This document shows, in pieces, positions 56,901 through 62,900 of a stretch of DNA of 64,000 nt. Within the stretch, counting starts at the first letter, position 1. Each line of letters starts with the position of its first letter. The position numbers and the translations under genes are program-made. This DNA comes from Phoronis australis (lineage: Eukaryota > Animalia > Phoronida). The notes beneath the pieces were generated by a model that did not search any database, was not told where the DNA came from, and was given only the letters and a program-made list of their open reading frames with translations. The DNA is taken from assembly GCA_002633005.1 (NCBI GenBank), contig NMRA01000003.1, positions 604,696 through 668,695 of the forward strand, read 5' to 3'.

Positions 56901-59900
56901 TTAAACAGGTTAGGTATTTCACCAACCTATTTAGAGAAACTGATGCATGTGCCTGAAAGAGTTGGTATGAGGTTCATGGGATATCCACCCTCTCACCACC
57001 TGTAGGCTGATATGTTAAGTTGGCTGTGAGAATGACAGTTTCCCAAAAATATTTCCAGTATGGAGTCTCTCTATCTTCATAAAAAGTTAATATGTCTGAG
57101 CAGACTATCCACTTACATGAGCATCTCCGTCACGGGCAGATACTGTTAGAATAGATTCGCCCAGGGTCTGTGTCTCAAGGATAGTTTTCTCATAGTCCCT
57201 GCCTTCGAAGTCAGGAGCAAACTTGTTGCGTTGCACAGTCACTTTAACCAGCAGGACACCAGTTCGAGGCGGGTTCCTGCCATCTTTAGCGCGTATTCGT
57301 AACTATCAAAAACAAGACAGCAAGATACAAGTTAGAATGTGACAGCCATTTTGATTGAATCAAGACAAAACTGATTATTTCAAAAATTATAAACATGAAC
57401 AACAAGGGCTATAATTGACATTCATGCCAACTGATTTGCAAATCAGTCACACCAAGGCCAACCGTTAAAACTTTCTGTCACTCCACTACCAAACTACTTA
57501 ATTTTCCAAAAGCAGCCCTAAAGAACGCACAAACTCCAACTGATATTAAACAAATTAATGTATGATACCGTTCACCCTTCTTACCGAAATCGTTCCTTTT
57601 ATTTAGTCTTTCCATGTTTTACAACCCAAACCGCATCATGCCTTCGTCTCCCATTCAATCATTTTTACTTTTCACCTGTTTTGCTATTTAACTCATTCTC
57701 AATTTATTTCCTATATAATTTAATTACGTATATACTGTCCCGCATTACACATTTTAACGTCTTCCTTCGTTATTTCCACTGTTTCTGTTTTCAAGAATTT
57801 TTCATTTCATTCAGATTTTCTACTGTGCATTTTGATTTGTTTTTCATTTGTATGTTGTTTTGAGTAGGCCCTGTGAGAGAACAATAACTTTACTGAATAG
57901 GCTACAGGGTATAAATAAAAGTAACAAAATTATTATTATAGAAAAAAAACAAAAATATTGGAATATATTGTAGACTCCTATAAAAGTAATGAAACTTATT
58001 AAACACCATGAATTCAAAAGCTGAATATGAACTTCACAACTCACGTATAACAAGTCCTTCTTATCTTTGTGAATCCTGCTCTTAGTCACAGGCTGAGACG
58101 ATTGTTTATTACCCCCTACGGGCTTTGAATAACCAAGCCCAGAATGTGAATGCAGTAGCAACAATATGTTTCAAACTTACAGTGTATTGCTGCTTGGTCT
58201 GATCAGCCAAGTTGTTCTTGGTTGTAATGGCCCCAGACTGTTCATTGACACTGAAGAAGACTGTACCGTCATCGTCACCCTCAAGAGAATAAGTGACTTG
58301 ACCAAACCGATGGGCAGTTCCATCTTGGTCAGTAGCTGTCACCGTGGTAACAGCAGAGGCATCCTCGTCAATGGTGACAGACCTTAGACTGCTGGATGTG
58401 AATGATGGGTCAAAGAGATCTCGCTTCACTGTTACAGATACCGTAGCTGTGGAGGAACGTTGTGGCTTACCAGAGTCAGTGGCTACAACATACAGCTGTA
58501 ACAAGGTAACAGAAAACCATTAGGAAAGACCATGGTCAAACTATCACAGCATTACAACAAGTACTATCATGCTGGCTCGGGATATATGAATTTTTAACGA
58601 TATATCTTTACATGCTGATGAGTTTACCTCAAATATATCAGAAAACCAAAACTCAACAAATTTACCAAAATGTACACAAATCAAGAAAAAATTTAGCTTT
58701 GAAAAATTAATTTTTATACGGTAAATGAAGTGATGAAAATGAAGTCAAGGCCACCAGATTCAAATGATGTTTGGAGATGGCCCCTAAACCTTGGTGTGAA
58801 AAAGGAACAAAATTATGATTTTTTGAGATATTGTGCAAATAACATTTTCCAAGTCCAGATTGATTTCTCTTCGATACCTTGAAACTATTTCAATGCCACC
58901 AAAATAGACTGGTGCATGGATATGCCCCCAACAACATCTTGGTACAAAATATAAACAAAATGTACAAATTCCTTCTTATCATTATTCTTCTTAATTTTTG
59001 AATCACGTTGAAGGTTTATTGTCCTGTATCTTATTACAGCAACTTTACCGTGAATAAATTAGTGTTTGTCCTCATCAGACTGCTGGCAAGCTTTACAGTG
59101 CCCCCTTGTGGAGTCACATAGAAGTACTGCTGGGCTTCACTGCTAGTTCTTGTTTTGTCCATGGAATAGGTAACAGTATCCTGTCGGAAGATAACAACTT
59201 AAAACATCATATGGTTTGTAAGCCCACCTTAGATGAAATTTTGGTTTACATCTGAGTCACCCATTGGAAAAAAATCATTAAAAAATCATTAATTGAAAAA
59301 TTGCTCTTCAATGTCTATGCAATTTCTAGCTTATTGATATGGTTACAAAAACTCGACGAAAATATCACTATTCCACTCCAATTTATCTCTTTCTTTGCAA
59401 GTGAAGACAGGTAGGTCTTTGCATTAAGTGCCACCTATTTACAGTTGGCAATACAACGCCGGACTCTTATCAATTCCAACTTTAAGTTTTATAGACACAC
59501 CTGGGTATTGCAGCTGGATAGCATGAATGAATTTAGTGCAAATTGTTGTCCGTATAAACTAACCTCGTAAGAGTCCATTTGAATAAACAGTTGTGTAAAT
59601 TGTAGTCTATTAACCCACCTGATCAGCATCAGTAGCATCTAGCTGTTCAATATCAGTGCCAGGATCCACATCTTCATCAACAGTCTTTGATTTGACTGAC
59701 TGGGCAAATATGGGTGCATTCTCATTACGCCTCACTGTAATGGTCACATTGGTTGTAGCTCGTTGGTTAGGGTAAAGATTGTCATAAGCCTGAATCTCCA
59801 GCTGAAACCGACAAAGCAAGAGAGCAAATGTAAGCTACATAATCTAGGCACGAGACATAGTGACAACATCAACCAGAGATTCTGCCAACAACATCGCTGG

Positions 59901-62900
59901 AATGGCACTTTGAGTACTAAATAGTTGGACAACTTTTTTTATTTGAAAAATGCCAAAAATTAGTTTATTTTTTCAGGTGGTATTTTAAAAGGTTATCATA
60001 TGCATTGATTTGATATTAGTTTATATGTTGTTAGCATTCTTCATGAAGTGTGATATGCACAACATTGGATGTGGACCTGAACAACGTAATCAGATATTCG
60101 CTGATAGTGGTGCCCCCAATTAGTGAAACGTGTACTTACAACATAAGAGGATGCATCGTCTAGTTTGAGACTACTCCTGGCTGAGATGCGTCCAGTGCTG
60201 GGGTGGATGTCAAACAGAGTTGGAGCAGCTCCATACTGTTCCGTCTTGGCATACCTAATGGGTCCCTGGAAAACAAAGAAGAACAGACAATAGACAGATT
60301 GGAACAGGCCAGTGGTGCACAGTTTGCCATATATAAGACACTGCATATACCTAGTAAGCATGTGTGAGGAACTAAAGAAAAAATGTCAATATGCGACAAC
60401 TTCAGTTTCACCTCCTTACAAAGTGAAGCATTTTAAAAAAACTTTTTATATAGCATCCCACAGTTACCTGATTGTCGTCATCTTTTGCCAAAACATTGGT
60501 GTAAATGTCTGTCCCAGTAGCCACATTTTCAGATACTTGGAACGAGTATGGAGCAGACACAAAGTATGGTGGGTTCTGATTACTGGTCACGGTGATGATC
60601 ACTGAGGCAAGCTCTGTCTTGGCTGGATTTCTCTGGTCAGAGGCTTGCACTGAAAATCTGTACTCAGGAATACCAGCACCTAAGACGCTCTTCACCAAAA
60701 GAAGTTCCCCTGTGGTGGGGTTGATGTAGAATGGGTCAGTGACCCCAGCTTTAGGAACGATGGTGTAGAGAATAGAGTCACCATCACTGTCTGTGGCGGT
60801 AATGTTCAACAGGAAGGACCCTGCTGGTAATAATTCACTTATGGTCTTGGTGTAGGCCTGTGTTTGGCCAAACTTTGGTTTGTTGACATTTCTAGTGACA
60901 GGAATAGTAATGGTGGCAGTCGCCGTCTGTGTGCTCACTGCGAATGGTCGTGTAGCCTCAACCACCAGCTTGTACTCATTAGACTGGGCAGGGTCAGTCC
61001 TCAGGTCCGTTTTAATCTTCACCTGAACTGAGTTGGTCAGCGGGTTAAGCTTAAAGAACTCGTGGCCATATGTGATAGGTACAATTCTATAGTTGACGTT
61101 GTCATTAGGCGAGGCCTGATAGTCAGTCAGAATTGAGTCTACAGCTCTGGATTCCTCCACAGGTGCCAGTTGTCTGTCTGGTGCTGTTAATGTCCCTTGA
61201 TCTCGTATGATGCCCACAACAATGTCCTTGATACCTGTACGGCCTCCACCGTCCGTAGCTTGAATTCTCAACTGAAATGTCAGGTTAACACGGGTTATGA
61301 GGATTTAATACTATTCCTGAACTTGGTTTGATATCAGAGAAGAATTTTGATGACATGCAAAAGGATTGACTATCGTATTCGCCGTAATAACCGCCCATGC
61401 CCCTATAAGCGCCTCCCCCAAGTGTTTTCAGACTTTGCTAAAATAAGCGCCCAGTCCATGAACGTGTACGCTGCGAAAAATGCCTTACATACAGTCCTAA
61501 AATTCTATAGTAACATCATCAATTTATCAATAATATCCGACAGTCCTGAAAAAATCATTGTGCACAGAATTTGTACCATGAGCCTCACCAGTATGTCGGT
61601 ATTTAGCCATGACTATACACTTCTGCCATGCCTCAAAATGAACACAAAAGTTTTGCTGATCTTGCGAGGACCAATGGTCTGGCCTTTCAGAACAGACGTA
61701 GTGTAGTTGTCTACGGGATTGCTTTGTAGATATTTCCAGCTTTCAAGAGGAATCCAAATTTCTTTGAACACGTGAAAACCGCGAATCGAAGACTAATGAA
61801 AAAGCTTGGGCAGTGTTAAAAGCACGTGGTCAGGAAGCGCGCACTACATACATGAGCCTGTCATCAAAGACATAAGTCGGGAACTATCCATTCATGAAAC
61901 GGGTAGCATAGCATCGGGAGGAAATGAAAATTGGCACTAATTTCCGACAGTTTCTAATACTATAAAAAATGTTTGTGTTATTTTTAAGATGAATTGTTTG
62001 ATTAACCATAATATCCGATAAAATGACCACTGACAGTGAATGCTTACACACCCTTACACCGAAAAATAACTGTCACGTACGCATCCAGCCACACGGCGAC
62101 TAATATGGGCCTTACCGAGACAAATGTCGAATGTTTTTAGCACATGAGACCGGCAAGTGCTGAATGAAACATGCTCTGGTTTAGGCCTACTGCTTGTGCA
62201 AATTTCTTTACTACACATCTAGTAGCTCGTTAAATTGCGTGGCTCTGGCCAAAAGACAGTCTCTGCTCTGGCAAATGAACTCTGGTGACACGCACGCACT
62301 CGCTTACTCAATGCAGACAAACTTCAAAACAAACGTCACGTGACAACAACATGTGTGTTCGTCCAGACATTTTTCTCATGTTGCCGATCATACATTTAGA
62401 TGGCATGATGTAGCACAGATTTGTACTTAAACCTGCTGTTACTCCTGACTTCATGGGAACTTAAAAATCTTAGGGGCGCTACTTGGAAAACTTAAGGAGG
62501 ATTTCAGGTAATTTGCTAGAGTCAAAACTGTATTTTCATTCAAGCATTCAAGTCGCCATATCGACGATTGCGAGGGAGTCAGTCGGCCAGTTTTCGCCCT
62601 GGGCACAATTTTCTGTAAAATGATGGTAATTTAGCAGCAAAGTTTGATAGCAATGCACCACGGTTTTGTAGTAAGTCTTTCATAGATTACACACACATCA
62701 CATAGCGTAAATGTGATGGATCTTAGCTTCCGATTTCACCGGTTTCGGAGACCGGGTTTCAATGGCCTTGAATTATAAGCGCCCCCCCGAAACAAACTTT
62801 TCTAAGCGCCCTGGGCAGTTATTACGGCGAATACGGTAATTCAACAAACATTGAACACTGAGTGTGAAAAATGTTCACTTCCCTCTTTGGCTATTGCTGT

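Noticed and set aside
61347-61706. 119-aa plus-strand ORF as a transposase
   Set aside because: No HTH or DDE/D motifs, and it runs across the TIR; the recognisable coding remnant is on the opposite strand.
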